DNA of 64,000 nt from Octopus sinensis (GCF_006345805.1 NC_043014.1:51832001-51896000); one strand, 5' to 3'; positions 39,846 through 54,019 are shown, counted from the first letter of the stretch. The notes: generated from the sequence alone by a model not told the origin. Numbers and translations: made by a program.

Positions 39846-41289
39846 TATATAAACAAAGACATAGATAGAAATAGTTATACTAAAACACATCTTTACTTAA
39901 CGACCCAGGGGGGCTACATATAAATACTAGTATAAATGTATGCTGATTCACGTTCCATGGTAAGGTTTTAATGTCAATCCTTAGTCTATGGGTCATAGAA
40001 ATGCAAAATTTTGCATAATACTGGCTTTTATAGATCGCTCTCACATTATTTAATTGGAGATAGAATATGGGAAACATGTCGGTATAATTCATCTATGATT
40101 CTGTTGTGTCTGAGGAGAGTCATTTTCTTTTTGTGCCTTACACACTCAGCGGTAAAATTTCCACTTTTTACTTATTTTTATTTTCCTAAACTTTTCGTCG
40201 CGTCTTGCAAGCTTTTCAAAAGTCTTGACTCATCTATGATTGATGGTTGGATATCAAGTAAAATACAAAGAATTCAATGAAAAGTAGGTCATCAGTGTCT
40301 CACAGCAAACGATCAATTTGATCTCCAAACTGCTATGATTTCGATTAAATATATAAAGTATTTAGATCATCGTTCTCATTCTTCTCATATCCATGCCATT
40401 TTTACACACATAAAATTGTATAAAATTGTAAGATTGTATTAAAAATATTTGTTGAGAATGCGTGCATTTCTCTACACAGTAAGACATCGGTTGTTAGAAG
40501 AAATTGGTTTTCCATTCTCTCACATCATCAAAACCGAAAACACTTTCCGGCTATTATCATACGCAACCCTATCTTCTATTATCCTATGTTAACATATCCT
40601 CCAATATTTTAACACATGTTATACAGAGAAATCCTTACAGAATGACGTCCATGTAGCGTGAACGGAAGAAATTAAATCAGACATGATATATACTGTTTCA
40701 TAGTTCGTATTTTTTTCTCTCTCGAATTATGTGAGGTTTTCTGAGTATTCAATTCTTCCCATCGATTCATTTCACTGTAATATCTAAAAACAAACATAAG
40801 ACTAACGGAATACGAAAACCTCGTTCCCGCTTTTGTACTTCCTTCTCTGGAAATTCTATAGCAGCATCGCCTGAAGCCTATTAAGATGCTAATTATATAT
40901 TGGCTAGTTTCCTCATGCTAAACGATTCTCCATAAGGTTACTTACATTAGGGAATACGATATATCGGTATTAATATTTAATACGCCTCTTCCATAAAATG
41001 GGATTTTGAAGACATTTCATTTTATACTTTACTTTTCTTGTTGGTGGAGCGGACAGAGATGCTGGTTATCCATCTTGTGTAATTGTGTTGTGCTTATAAT
41101 AGCAGAGAATACAAAAGATCAAAACTAAAGAAACTAGAAAATAAACACGCATAAAACACTCGTCTAATTCAATTAAGCTATGATCCATATACACGCATTA
41201 AGGCACTTTATCAGTAATGTACACTAATTCTCTAATGGTTAATAACTGCTAATTTATTTATTTTTAGTGGAGTTTTTTTTATCTATCTT

Positions 41290-41635
41290 CTTGAATTTCT
41301 TCTCCTTTTTCTTCTTCTCCTTCCTCTTCTTTTTCTTCTGCTTCTTCGTCTTCTTCTTCTGCTTCTTCGTCTTCTTCTTTTGTTTCTTCTTCTTCTTTTG
41401 TTTCTTCTTCTTTTGTTTCTTCTTCTTCTCCTTCTTTTGCTTCATCTTTTGCTTCTTCTTCTCTCCTCCTTCTTCTTCTCCTTCTTCTCCTTCTTCGTCT
41501 TCTTCTTCTCTTCTTCTTCTTCTTCTTTTGTTTCTTCTTCTTCTTTTGTTTCTTCTTCTTCTCCTTCTTTTGCTTCATCTTCTTCTCCTTCTTCTCCTCC
41601 TTCTTCTCCTTCTTCTTCTCCTTCTTCTTCTTCTT
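41290..41635. repeat. (CTT)n/(CTC)n array with internal higher-order duplication
   Basis: The block ttttgtttcttcttcttctccttcttttgcttcatctt occurs twice. Confidence 0.92.
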
Positions 41636-41804
41636 AGCAGCTGCTATTATATTCTGGACCAGTGTTTCATTCTTCCTTTAACAAATATGCAAATAAATTT
41701 CTAAAATATTTTATTGTCGAACCAGAAAGTTAAGGGTAGTCTCAGCTACATCATCCATTTCCGAAAGTGAAAAGCACGCACGCACACACACACAAACAAA
41801 CAAC

Positions 41805-41851
<47 letters not shown>

Positions 41852-41891
41852 ATTTCTCTCTCAAACACACACACTCACATATATATGTATA

Positions 41892-42095
41892 TCTTCTTCT
41901 TCTTACAGCATCCACCCGGGGTGGGTTGAGCTGGCTTCATTCATCCTCAATGTTGCATCTCTCACAAACGCCGACCAGACCTGGCGATTTGAGGCTAACG
42001 ACCGCGTGATCTCCAACCACTCCTTATTCCAGCGGCGAACGCCGTAGATATAGGGGCCTAGGTTGGGTTCCAGATCAGCCTCCTTCCTTCAAATA
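41892..42095 (-). mobile_element. RTE-clade LINE extreme 3' fragment
   Basis: Minus: EADLEPNLGPYIYGVRRWNKEWLEITRSLASNRQVWSAFVRDATLRMNEASSTHPGWML* then an (AAG)n tail; homologous to the end of 55098-55590. Confidence 0.8.
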
Positions 42096-42188
42096 TTCCT
42101 CATGTATATTGCACAATCAGACAGCCATATATATGTATATGGCAATGGTTGATAGAAAACTATCATAGTATACTCTAATATATATACA

Positions 42189-42437
42189 CTTTTACTCTTT
42201 TATTTGTTTCAGCCATTTGACTGCGGCCATGCTAGAGCACCGCCTTTAGTCGAGCAAATCGACCCAGGGACTTATTCTTTGTATGCCCAGTACTTATTCT
42301 ATCGGTTTCTTTTGCCGAACCGCTAAGTGACGGGGACATAAACACACCAGCATCGGTTGTCAAGCAATGCTAGGGGGACAAACACAGACACACACACAAC
42401 ACACACACACACACACACAACACACACACACACACAT

Positions 42438-42469
<32 letters not shown>

Positions 42470-42902
42470 AAGGTAAAGACCCCCTTCGGTCATGAGTGAC
42501 CATAGGTTTGCACCTAGATAGTTACCCTCTGAGGCACAAGTCTGGGCAAGGTTGTTTTATGGAAGACCAGCAGTCGCCCATGTATACCGGCCTCCCCTCT
42601 CCACGCCACCAGTCTTATCCAAGGGAAAGACAAAGGTCGATACAGCTTGGCACCTGTGACGTTGCAACTCATTTCTACAGCTGAGTGAACTGGAGCAACG
42701 TGAAATAAAGTGTCTTGCTCAAGAACACATACATATATACGACAGGCTTCTTTCAGTTTACGTCAACCAAATCCACTCACAAGACATTGGTCGGCCCGGA
42801 GCTATAGCAGAAGACACTTGCCGAAGATGCCACGCAGTGGGACTGATCCCGGAACCATGTGGTTGGTTAGCAAGCTACTTACCACACAGCCACTCCTGCG
42901 CC
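42189..42902 (-). mobile_element. SINE family B, full length, split by a family C insertion
   Basis: B 3' half at 42189-42430 and B 5' half at 42729-42902. Confidence 0.9.
42470..42728 (-). mobile_element. SINE family C, 5'-truncated, nested in the microsatellite of family B
   Basis: Reverse complement of 6945-7204; lacks the tRNA head. Confidence 0.88.
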
Positions 42903-43195
42903 TAATATATATATATATAAAACATATGAAAGTTGTTGATAGGCCAGCCTAGCATTTCATTCCTGTATTTGAGTGGAAATGTATACACGTGTATATGAGT
43001 GCATATAAGTAACTCCTTTTATTGCAAATATGTCTCTAAAACGGCTCACTTACATTACTTACGTTCCAGTCACATAGGGCACGATTGCACTGATGGATTT
43101 ACTCTCATTGTTGTGAAATGCATCGTTTCATTTCATCATGAAGCACATTGCGTACCTATGACTGTTTAGACTTTATGTACCAACACGCCCTCCCC

Positions 43196-43229
<34 letters not shown>

Positions 43230-43277
43230 ATTACAGTATAACAGTGTCAACCTAACTATGAGGTGTTGTTGTACCTC

Positions 43278-43507
43278 ACTCATCATGGTTGGCATCCTTT
43301 TTGTCTCGGGAGACAATGGAGTTGCGCATGAAGTAGTCTAGTCCGGCTTTGATATTTCATGTCCTGATACATTTCCTGCTGTGGCTGTGTAGTCCTATTC
43401 TGGACAAACACTCCCTCTGGCAGGTACCGCAAATGTAGCGAAGACTATTCCTGGCTGGTTGTAGTGTCATAGTTTCTTGTTGACGTCTTTTCTTGTCTTT
43501 CCATTTC
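43278..43507 (-). mobile_element. RTE/BovB-like LINE 3' end (C-terminal Cys/His motif and 3' UTR)
   Basis: Minus: KWKDKKRRQQE..YICGTCQRECLSRIGLHSHSRKC then ccattgtctcccgagacaaaaaggatgccaaccatgatg. Confidence 0.82.
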
Positions 43508-43873
43508 TCCTCTCTCTCTCTCTCTCTCTCTCTCTGTGTCACTCCTTTGTATTCCCTCTCTTACGGTACGTCGCCAGTCTCCCACTCATCATAATGTGCT
43601 TCAAATTCTATCTTGATATTGCCATTGTTTTCCCTCTTGACAAAAGTTTCCTAAAATAAATCGTTTTCCCACCTGATCTCTTGGCTACTATTCGGAAAAT
43701 GCACATGCCCCTCTGTTGCCTGTCAATTTTGCTATATGTAAGGTCCATTGGAGCTTGTGATTTCGGTACTCTGCGACCACGTCATTCACTTTGATCCACT
43801 CTCAGATTATCCCGTCTCATTCTGTTTTTTTTTCTTCTTTTTTGCTTTCATTTCGAAATGAGATATATAAGAA

Positions 43874-44336
43874 ACTAGTTATTTTGACCCCTGCTTCGCT
43901 CGGGTTTTATTAGTAGTGGTGTTATTTGTACGTGTTGTCACTTTTTCCCTTTCCCCTTTTGTTCGTTTTCTTTGCCTGGTTCTTTTTATTGCCCCCTTCT
44001 TTACCCCTCTTTCCAAAATCCCCCAAATTTTTACTCCCACAATTAACGATAACCGCCTCTAGACGCTGCAGCCAAACGAAAAGCCACCATTATTGAAACA
44101 GCGCAACTTGTCTATCCCATAAAACTCAATTTTTCCCATATTCTTCACCATGGCAACCAAACGGTAACCCCAAGCAACGTGCAACCCTCCTTACACCATT
44201 GCCCACCCCATTTTACCCCCATTGTAAATTTTGGCGCCAATCCGACCCCATCTACCGCCCCTTAAACCGTTCCCATCCCAAAATGAGACAAATAACCAAG
44301 GAATCAAAATTTTTTTCGCATTTCAGCTTTATAGAG
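43874..44336 (+). mobile_element. Second DINE-1/Helentron-like family element
   Basis: Starts actagt...cccctgcttcgctcggg (same architecture as 22611) and ends tttcagctttata. Confidence 0.5.
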
Positions 44337-44967
44337 ATTGATTATAAATGTTTTAACATAATTGTTTGTGTGTGCGTGCGTGTGTGTGTGTTCATATGTG
44401 TGTGCGAAAATGGATAAGAAAACAACTGATAAACATCCAATGAATTAAAGGCAGTCAACTAGATTACATTTTTTTTCTTTTATCAGTTTTACTTAACTGT
44501 AGTCTTTAAGAAACAATAGAATCCTTATCAGCAATTCTCTTCATTCCTTACAACCTATTCCCAACAAAGTCACATTTTAGGTTGTTTCAGCTGTGAAGTC
44601 CACTGGTTAATGTGGCTTAATTTAATATCAGTGCATTAATTATGATTATGTCAAAGTTAATAGTGAGTTGTTAATTTTTGCTCGCAGTTAATGCATGTCA
44701 TACGATGTATTTATTTTTGCATTGTACGTTTATATAATTATCGTTTCCACCATATTCCTTTCTTTTTTACATAATTTCTTTAATACGATAGATGTACCAG
44801 CATGTTTGGGTTTCCTTTGCATTATGAGGTGTAGTATGTTATGATAGCTTCTTGAAGAGAATCCGTTCACAAGTGGTGTGAAGGACGCGCGGGTACCAGC
44901 AATAACGTAAATTCGTGGTTACGAGAAATTGACAGAAAATTTACAGAGAAGGTGTTCATTGAACCAA

Positions 44968-45295
44968 AATTATCCATCCATCCATCCATCCATATCTATC
45001 TATCTATCTATCTATCGATATATCTATCTATATACATCTATTTATATCTATCTACATCTATCTATCTATCTCTATCTATCTATCTATATCTATCTACATC
45101 TATCTATAACTATCTATCTATCTATATATCTATCTACATCTATCTACATCTATCTATCTATTTATTTATCTACATCTATCTATCTATATCTATCTATAAC
45201 TATCTATCTATCTATCTACATCTATCTATATCTATCTACATCTATCTATATATATCTACATCTATCTACATATCTATCTATTTATCTATCTACAC
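44968..45295. repeat. (TATC)n/(TACATC) array
   Basis: Direct reading. Confidence 0.93.
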
Positions 45296-46472
45296 AAACA
45301 GGTATGCATGAGTGGATGTGTACTAGAAATACTGACATTGTGAATAAAACGAATCGCTTGTTGAAGAAACACCAATATTTTAGGTTTCAAGTATGATCCA
45401 TCCTATTCAGTTACTGGCAGAAAGAGAAAATTTGGCTCGAGAGAAATTCGTTTGGCAATTCAAACTGTGAACGATTTCTTGCGTGGGCGAATTGCACCTC
45501 ATGAAACATGGTGCCAAGACCATTTTTCGAGATCACTTGACGCAAGATATCAAGATACACTAACACGGGAAAAACTCCCACACTTTGCTGTCCTCTCTCA
45601 ACACACGCGCTCACACACTCACACAATACGTACAAATCCACACACTGTCTGTGTATGCAGAAAGAAGAGAGAGAGACCGAGAAATATGTTTATATATACT
45701 CGTATACATCCTGCAACAAATATATACATACATATATTTAATATATATATAATCAATAGAAAAAACTTGAATCTCAGAGAATATTCAAGACCTCAAAAAA
45801 CGAACTAACAACGGAAAAAGAAAAAAAAATAACGAGATATAATTATCTGTATAAGGAAAATAAATGGTGCGTTGGAGGTGGAAAAAATTGCATAGCAGGT
45901 GTTGATATATTGCTAACGATGCCTGCAGACCATTAATGAGACAACTGTGCTACTCAACCTAGTGTGTCGTCTTAGATTTCTATTAATATGATTATTGGGG
46001 AAATTTAATAGATATGCAATTGTGTCACTACCGCTCTTATGAATCTAGGATTTACAAAACGAGACAAACTACAAGTGAGTATAACATTGGGAAGATATAT
46101 TTTAAGCTCTTAAACTATGACCGTGCTTAGATGTTTCACAGGTAATGCGTGCATATATATGTAAACATACAACATATTAGTATGTGCGTGTGGGTGTGTG
46201 TGCAAATCAAAAGGTAAATCTATGCAAGCTGATCAATGTGTACGAGTTCACAATACGTACATGCTTATACTTACGCAAAATATATGCGTAAAATATATGC
46301 ATATACAGATAGATCTACGGACATGACCTCCCGCGAACATCTACAAGCATGCATTTAAACTTACAAGCATGTATCGATATATGTATGAATGTGAACACGT
46401 CTAAATTGATTAGCACGCATGTATTTGCACAAACACATACACACACACACACCGGTGTGTGTGAAGGTGAAT

Positions 46473-46701
46473 TGCATGGTTAATAGGCCCTTGCATTCAT
46501 GATCGCTAGAACGTATTCCGATTCCCTTTCTGGGCGGGGCGTTGTGTTTTTAGACAAAACACTTTATTTCTCATAGCTTCAGAGATTGTTGGTCTGCCCG
46601 CCTAGCAAGCGGAGTGGCATCATTTGAAGGCTAAAGAAATGCAAGGGTGCATTGTTACTAGTGGCATGTAGCAACATGTTATAGACTGGTCGATCACGTG
46701 C

Positions 46702-46705
<4 letters not shown>
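46473..46705 (+). mobile_element. Degenerate SINE: family C-like head and core joined to tail T2
   Basis: gttgtgtttttagacaaaacactttatttc (C core) followed by ttggtctgcccgcctagcaagcggagtggcatcatttgaaggctaaa (T2, as in 6266-6400 minus). Confidence 0.6.
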
Positions 46706-46745
<40 letters not shown>

Positions 46746-48844
46746 AATATGTGTGTGTGTGTGTGTGCTTAGAAAAGTGTATGTAGATATATCCATGCAC
46801 ACGCACATAGATATATACATAAGTGTGTGTATGTGTCTCTGCGTGTGTTCACATGATGATGGTTATCTACTGGTGATCGAGGAATATTATCCCATAATGT
46901 CTTTCCCTCTCTCAACACACATACATACACAGACACACACATATGAATGATATAGAAAAAAAAGATTTGAATGATGTTGAAATTACGATACATATTTGCC
47001 CGTATGATGGTTATTTATTTTATCCTTAATGAATGACATTACATGATATAGTAACCAGATCATTTATCCAGGCAACTTATATAGTTTCCAGTTAGCGTTG
47101 ATCTTCAAAGATTTCACTATTAATTTTAAGATTACATAATGAAAAAAAGGTATTATACACCGTGGTAACGCATTAATTTAAAATATAGTGTTATAGCTGT
47201 GATTGTTGTAAATAGTTAGCTAAAGGAGTCACTAAATTTATTTCAACGCATTGGCAATAAATGTTTCGTTCTTCTGGGTTTGGTCAGAAATTTAAGGGAC
47301 AAGCTGGAATAATTTTGTGTTTTCTAATAAAGAAAATCAGCTAATGTTAATACTGAGGTTCGATCTGTAATTGAAGCATTCGGCTTGTACTACTTTTCGG
47401 TGCATCTCTCCAATTTGGAGCAAGCGAACTTTATTTTGTTGTTAGAAATATGTCCCCCACCGATTCAAAGACTATTTCGAATAGTTAACTATATGAAGGA
47501 GATCACTCTTGTATACACAAATGCATTTATATATGCGCTGAAAGATATGCAGGCGAACATAAAACACGCACACACATACATATATCTGTATATATTCACA
47601 CACAAATGCGTACAAGTATATGCACTAATGTAAATATTCTCACAAATGCAGAGCAGATATACGTCTGCATATGTGTGTGTATGTCTGTGGGAATGCCTGT
47701 GTGTGTATTTTAATGTAAGAATGTATGTGTAAGAACACAGCTATTACATCCATACACGAAATTCACTAGCAGAAACAAATCTCTTGAGTATACCTATAGG
47801 TGTGTAGTGTATTGGAATGAAATGCAATTGAATTCCTTTACATATCCATACATCCATACATTATGCATCACACAACCACGCTCACATACAGACAACATCC
47901 GCCAGCAAACCACAAACACTTCATTCAATAAGAACACACATGATACAGAATTCATGCAAACAAATCAAGACGCATGCGTATTCATGCACATATACAGAAT
48001 CTATAGCTGTCTTCTTGCTTGTAGTCTTTGCAATCAACGTGAGGCATTGGCGGAAAAATACACATCATACAGTTACCGCTATTGTTACAACAGTATTGAT
48101 TCTGTACTAAAGCATTAGTATGTTACAATGAAAACTTCCATAGTTAGGAATGGCTGTGTGAAATAATCGATTGTTTCAATGCGTCTTAATCGATATTATA
48201 TACATTTTAACAGGAAAATACTGTCGTTTCAATGTGTTATAGACTAGAAATTTGTGTCATTTAAAATGTTTTTTTTTCTAATTTATTTTTATGTTCGTTT
48301 AATTTTGGTTTTATTCTGTCTTTTTATAAATTATATTTATATACATTTTAAATATTTACTTTTACGTTATTTACTTTTTTTTACTACAATTTTGTTATTT
48401 TTCGCAATTATTTGTCTTTAGAATTCAACAGTAAAAGACTTTCTGCACATACGTTTCCATACACACTCACAAACGTACACCAATACATAGTCGTATGTAA
48501 TATGCAATTACGAATTCATTTAAGGATGGACACACACACACATATGTGTGTATTTATGTATGCATGTATATGTGGACAATACTCCCTGTTGCCTTCAACA
48601 AGGAGAAACTTTTAGACTTTAGAATTACATCTATGCCTATATATATATATTCCGACATCATTTAGTCTCCAAATGCTGTCGGATATACAAGGAGCACATC
48701 CCTGGTGTGGGTTAGTTTCGGGAGGCTCTAACTATCGAAATGGGGAACCTTGCTTGTTATCCAATACGACGTTATCTTCTGTGTATTCTTCCGTTTGCAC
48801 ACATTATCACACACATACACTCACAAACAAACACACACACAGGC

Positions 48845-48923
<79 letters not shown>

Positions 48924-49579
48924 AGATGTGTGTATATATATACATATATGTGAGTGCGTCTGTATGTATGTGTTTGTATGTATGTACGTATGCATCCTTG
49001 GATGTTTTATTTGAGAAACTAACCAGCGCTAAATGGAATAACTTAATGCATATTCTGAAATCAATTTGTTGAAATACCGAAAGAGATATGAAATAAATGT
49101 ACAAGCTGAAGGGAAAAATAAAATCGCATTCTTAGCACTAAATTTAGACAAATTCAAATTCGCTTGTCAGGCGTCACAACTGTTTTATGTTTTGGCATTC
49201 ACTTTTGAACGTTGAATGAAGAAACTCATTTGTTATAAAATATTTCTGGACATATGCTGGTTTATTCTATTCCCAATTCTAAGATTATCAATAGCGAATA
49301 TGCACTGAAATAGAAATAGATTGTGGCAATTTGTATTTTTGTAGATGTTATATTTATATAAGGTAAACACAGGTAGGAGTCGAGAGGAATGAAACGTAAG
49401 TACAAAGTCCATAAAGTTCGCGATTTTTCTACTTGTTTTACGCTCGTGAGATCGTTACTTTTAACGTTTAGTTACAATACGTCTTAGCGCTGAAATGTCG
49501 GTGGATTGGTAGGATCACTTCAGTGCCTGAAGGTCCATATTTCTGCTGCTTGAGAGCTTATTCTCTTTGCCTGCTCTCT

Positions 49580-50538
49580 ATATTAAGTAAGTATTTGCTT
49601 TGAAAATAACCACAATTTGCCTGAATTACCAAATACTTTATTTACCACCGATCTGTGTTCAGGTATGCGCATTCAATAAACTGCTACTGTGGAAAGGGTA
49701 CAGGTCATATGAATTGTTGCGAATAATGAAATATTCGTTGATCGAAACAAGTTAAGAAGCATTAAATACGATAGAAAGAAAAGCGAGATGTGAGACGCTC
49801 GACTCGTACAATTCCTGATGTTGCTGTCTCATTAGGCTGAATTTGGCAAGGAAATAGATGAGACCGGAGGCGCAATGGCCCAGTGGTTAGGGCAGCGGAC
49901 TCGCGGTCGTAGGATCGCGGTTTCGATTCCCAGACCGGGCGTTGTGAGTGTTTATTGAGCGAAAACACCTAAAGCTCCACGAGGCTCCAGCATGGGGATG
50001 GTGGTGATCCCTGTTGTACTCTTTCACCACAACTTTCTCTCACTCTTACTTCCTGTTTCTGTTGTACCTGTATTTCAAGGGGCCGGCCTTGTCACTCTCT
50101 GTGTCACGCTGAATATCCCCGAGAACTACGTTAAGGGTACACGTGTCTGTGGAGTGCTCAGCCACTTACACGTTAATTTCACGAGCAGGCTGTTCCGTTG
50201 ATTCGGATCAACCGGAACCCTCGTCGTCGTAACCGACGGAGTGCTTCCATCCCATATTAAGTAAGTGTTTGCTTTGAAAATAACCACAATTTGCCTGAAT
50301 TACCAAATACTTTATTTACCACAGATCTGTGTTCAGGTATGCGCATTCAATAAACTGCTACTGTGGAAAGGGTACAGGTCATATAAATCGTTGTGAATAA
50401 TGAAATATTCGTTGATCGACACAAGTTAAGAAGCGTTAAATCCGATAGAAAGAAAAGCGAGATGTGAGCCGCTCTACTCGTAGAATTCTTGACGTTGCTG
50501 TCTCATTAGGCTGAAGTTTTGCAAGCGAACAGATGAGA
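49580..50538. repeat. ~284-bp direct duplication flanking a SINE
   Basis: 49580-49863 vs 50254-50538; about 17 substitutions and 1 indel by manual count. Confidence 0.95.
49864..50253 (+). mobile_element. SINE family D, full length with tail T1
   Basis: ggcgcaatggcccagtggttagggcagcggactcgcgg...ggtttcgattccc is a tRNA-Arg(TCG)-like head with A and B boxes; tail ends aaccgacggagtgcttcca. Confidence 0.92.
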
Positions 50539-50904
50539 GACAAGACCGAGGTGAGAGACTATCACGTGACATTGTACCTTCGGAATTAAAATGCACATAT
50601 AACCCATTTGGGGTCGTTAAAATAAAGAGATGATCAAGTTACGGATTTGATATCATCGACAGTTTCCACCAAGCCAAAAGTATAAGTCGTTATGCCTATT
50701 ACTTACATCAGAATATTTATGTACTTGTGTGTGATATACATCTGTATATCGATGTACTTGTGTAAAATATGTGGGATCTTACGTGATCGCGAGAAATAGC
50801 ATCTAAATGTGACTCAGTGTATCATCTTCTGGAAAAAAGGGTGAACCACATATATGATAATGGTGTCTTAAATGCATTGTCTGAAAAATATATCGGCATA
50901 TATA

Positions 50905-51065
50905 GGCGCAGGAGTGGCTGTGTGGTAAGTCGCTTGTTTACCAACCACATGGTTCCGGGTTCAGTCCCACTGCGTGGCATCTTGGGCAAGTGTTTTCTAC
51001 TATAGCCTCGGGCCGACCAAAGCCTTGTGAGTAGATTTGGTAGACGGAAACTGAAGCCCGTCGTA

Positions 51066-51103
<38 letters not shown>

Positions 51104-51316
51104 TGTGTGTGTTTGTGTGTTAGCATTGCTTGACAACCGATGCTGGTGTGTTTATGTCCCCGTCACTTAGCGGTTCGGCAAAAGAGACCGATAGAATAAG
51201 TACTGGGCTTACAAAAGAATAAGTCCCGGGATCGAGTTGCTCGATTAAAGGCGGTGATCCAGCATGGCCGCAGTCAAATTACTGAAACAAGTAAAAAAAG
51301 TAAAAAGAGTAAGAGT
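50905..51316 (+). mobile_element. SINE family B, full length
   Basis: Matches 3513-3903 throughout. Confidence 0.93.
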
Positions 51317-52639
51317 ATTGTAATGTTCAGAATTTTTTTTTAAGTACCAGCATCGTTGATTAGAGATACCCAGGGACTGAATAAGCACCACGAAACGCTG
51401 GCTCGGTGAACGTTTCTAGTTCGGGTGTGTAAAGATTTGACATTGTTCTAAGTGTTGGGTCAGACGATTCTATCTCTCTTGAGAGATGCGTTATTTCTGT
51501 GTGGCTTTTCCATTCTTAGAAGACTGAATCCCCGGAGACCAATATTTCGTAGCATTGGTAACGATTATGCCAAATAAATATTTAACACATGTGCCAGCTA
51601 CTAAAGGTTATAGTATGTTGGTAATGCAGTGCTTGCCAACCAGCTAAATATATTATTATCAGAATCAGACGCAGTCATCGCTGTTAATATAGCTTAGAGG
51701 AGAATTAGTCTAGAGATCTGTTTATAATTCTACTGGGGAATTTGCATTAAGTTGGTAGTGATGCAATACATTTTAATAAATGAAATATTGCTCGTCCTTG
51801 AATAAACATATATTTGACGCGAATAGGAGATATGATTAAAAGACAGTGAGGGGTAGAAGCTTTCGTGTTTTTCGTGCATGGATTCAAGTGAAATCCCATT
51901 AAGATGGCGAAATAAGGGGTATACGACTGTTATGTAAGGTTTCTTCTGCATGTTGACAGAATCTGGGGTTTTCATGAACATTCGGAAGGAGTTTGTGAAG
52001 CCTATGTTCGTGGCAGATGTGCCTAGAAATCTACAAATGGGAAATGAACAGTCTATCTGGGGCTTTGGTGATTCAATTAGCGAGTAGATATTCAAGTCAG
52101 AAGAAAAAATGTTTTTTTTTTTTTAGTGACTACAACAATAGAGGTCAAGATTTGGATCTATAGAAGTTGAAATTTAATGATCGCTTATAACATTCACATA
52201 TCCACTGTGTTGAATAAATACTAATAGCAGTTTTGTCACTACAGAACATTAGGATGTCAAGAAAATATTAACACTATGAAGGCTATGAGGTTAACACCCA
52301 TAGGGACGAGGCACAACTGGTGCATGTTCAAGGTTTAAGGATAATCCTTAGAGAAAAAATATAAAGAGGAGGGATTTTTGCAGATTGATGTCAAAGACTC
52401 ATTCTTGGTAATTCCTTTTTCTTTTTTTTTTAAATCACCAGTTTATTGGAAGCGGATATATCACGTATAATCTTGTGGTTTGGGGAAGATGTTTTCGGAG
52501 ACGTATCTTGTAACGAGTTATGTTATGGTTTACAGACTATTCAAAACAAAAAGTCTGAGATTTTATGAGTACCTTTGAGTATTTGCAGTGGGGAAGTCAA
52601 AGAAAGAGGTAACGTTACCTTCAGTAGAGGTTATGAGTG

Positions 52640-53030
52640 GAACTCTGTGTTCCAATTGATCTGATCAAGCAAAACACTGTCTCTTTAAATTCGCTTGCAA
52701 GTGACTGAGCACTCCACATACCTATTTCTTTACTACCACAAGGGGCTAAACACAGACGGGACGAACAAGGACTGACAAACGGATTAAGTCGATTACAACC
52801 ACCCCAGTGCGTGACTGGTACTTAATTTATCGACCCCGAAAGGATGAAAGGCAAAGTCGACGTCAGCGGAATTTGAACTCAGAACGTAACGGCAGACGAA
52901 ATACTACTACGCATTTCGCCCGGCGTGCTAACGTTTCCGCCAGCTCACCGCCTTACAGATACACACGTACCATTTAATAGTTATCCAGGAGATTCAGCAT
53001 GGAACAGGATATGACAAGCCGGTTATCGAA
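52640..53030 (-). mobile_element. Old family D tail T1 fragment split by a SINE A insertion
   Basis: gcaagtgactgagcactccaca (left) and cacacgtaccatttaatagttatccaggagattcagc (right) are collinear with the reverse complement of 50100-50200. Confidence 0.6.
52720..52952 (-). mobile_element. SINE family A, long form (one unit)
   Basis: Reverse complement of 21727-21961. Confidence 0.92.
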
Positions 53031-53795
53031 CTCACGACGAATGTTTCAAGCACAAAGCCACATGTCTTCACATGTAGAGTAGTGGACAGATGTTTTGTCT
53101 TCAAGGTGCGCAGGGGCAATAATGAATTAAGAAAATGTGTTCCTCAGAATATCGGGCATCATTCCATTAAAGTAGTTTCAGAAAGAATTGAATTCGCATT
53201 AAAAATGAGTTGGAAACCATCCATATAATATAGATAAGTGCTGGGAAAAAAAAGAACTTTTTTCAATACGGAAGTTTGTCTCATCAAGTACCATAAAAGA
53301 CGGGTTGGACATTGCATCCATCTTAATAATTACAGGCTTTCGAAGTAATTACAGAGAAATGTCTCTCTGTAACAGTCCCCAGCACAGGAAAAAGGCGGCG
53401 TACGAAGTGTTGCAGGCTCTCAGATTGATTATTTAAGAAAATACTAATAAACATCCGTGACGAGTGAAAATCAATAATTACTTTTGATTCTGTCGATCAG
53501 AGAGTGGTGGTTGTTTTTTTTTTGTTCGTTTTCAAATTCAATCCTTATTCCTGGAAAATCGAGACACGTTTGAGTGGCCAATGTTTTGTGAAGATTTAGC
53601 TTATCTCACAATATCCCTATAATATTCAAGTTTGACATTTATTGTAGGTAATGCTCTGCGATTTCTGCCCTATCTCTAGAAGGTCTAGTGACCTGTCAAA
53701 GGATGGCTCATTGAATCACTGAGATGTATAAGAGTCAACAGAGGAATTCAGCTAAATGACAACGGCATTAAGCTCCAAGGAATGGACGTTTTTAT

Positions 53796-53850
<55 letters not shown>

Positions 53851-54019
53851 TGTGTGTGTATTTGTGTATAAAGAGAATCTGGGTAAAATCGTGTATGTGC
53901 TTTCAAAGTTTCTCTGCCGGTATTAGCTACCAAATGCTATCATAAATAGGACATATAACACTTGATATACGTGTAATATCTATCTATCTATCTACCTATC
54001 AATATATATATATATATAT

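Noticed and set aside
40040-40090. GAAACATGTC and (at ~14627) GAAACACGCGAGTC palindromic stem-III-like strings
   Set aside because: Upstream core and stem I do not fit; expected by chance in this much sequence.
48651-48683. Small hairpin tccgaca..tgtcgga, and palindrome gtcaatt..aattgac near 20590
   Set aside because: Short, single-copy, no TSD or family context; compatible with chance.
51480-52095. 121-aa minus ORF and hydrophobic downstream frame (GPCR-like impression)
   Set aside because: No diagnostic motifs, several stops and no splice support.
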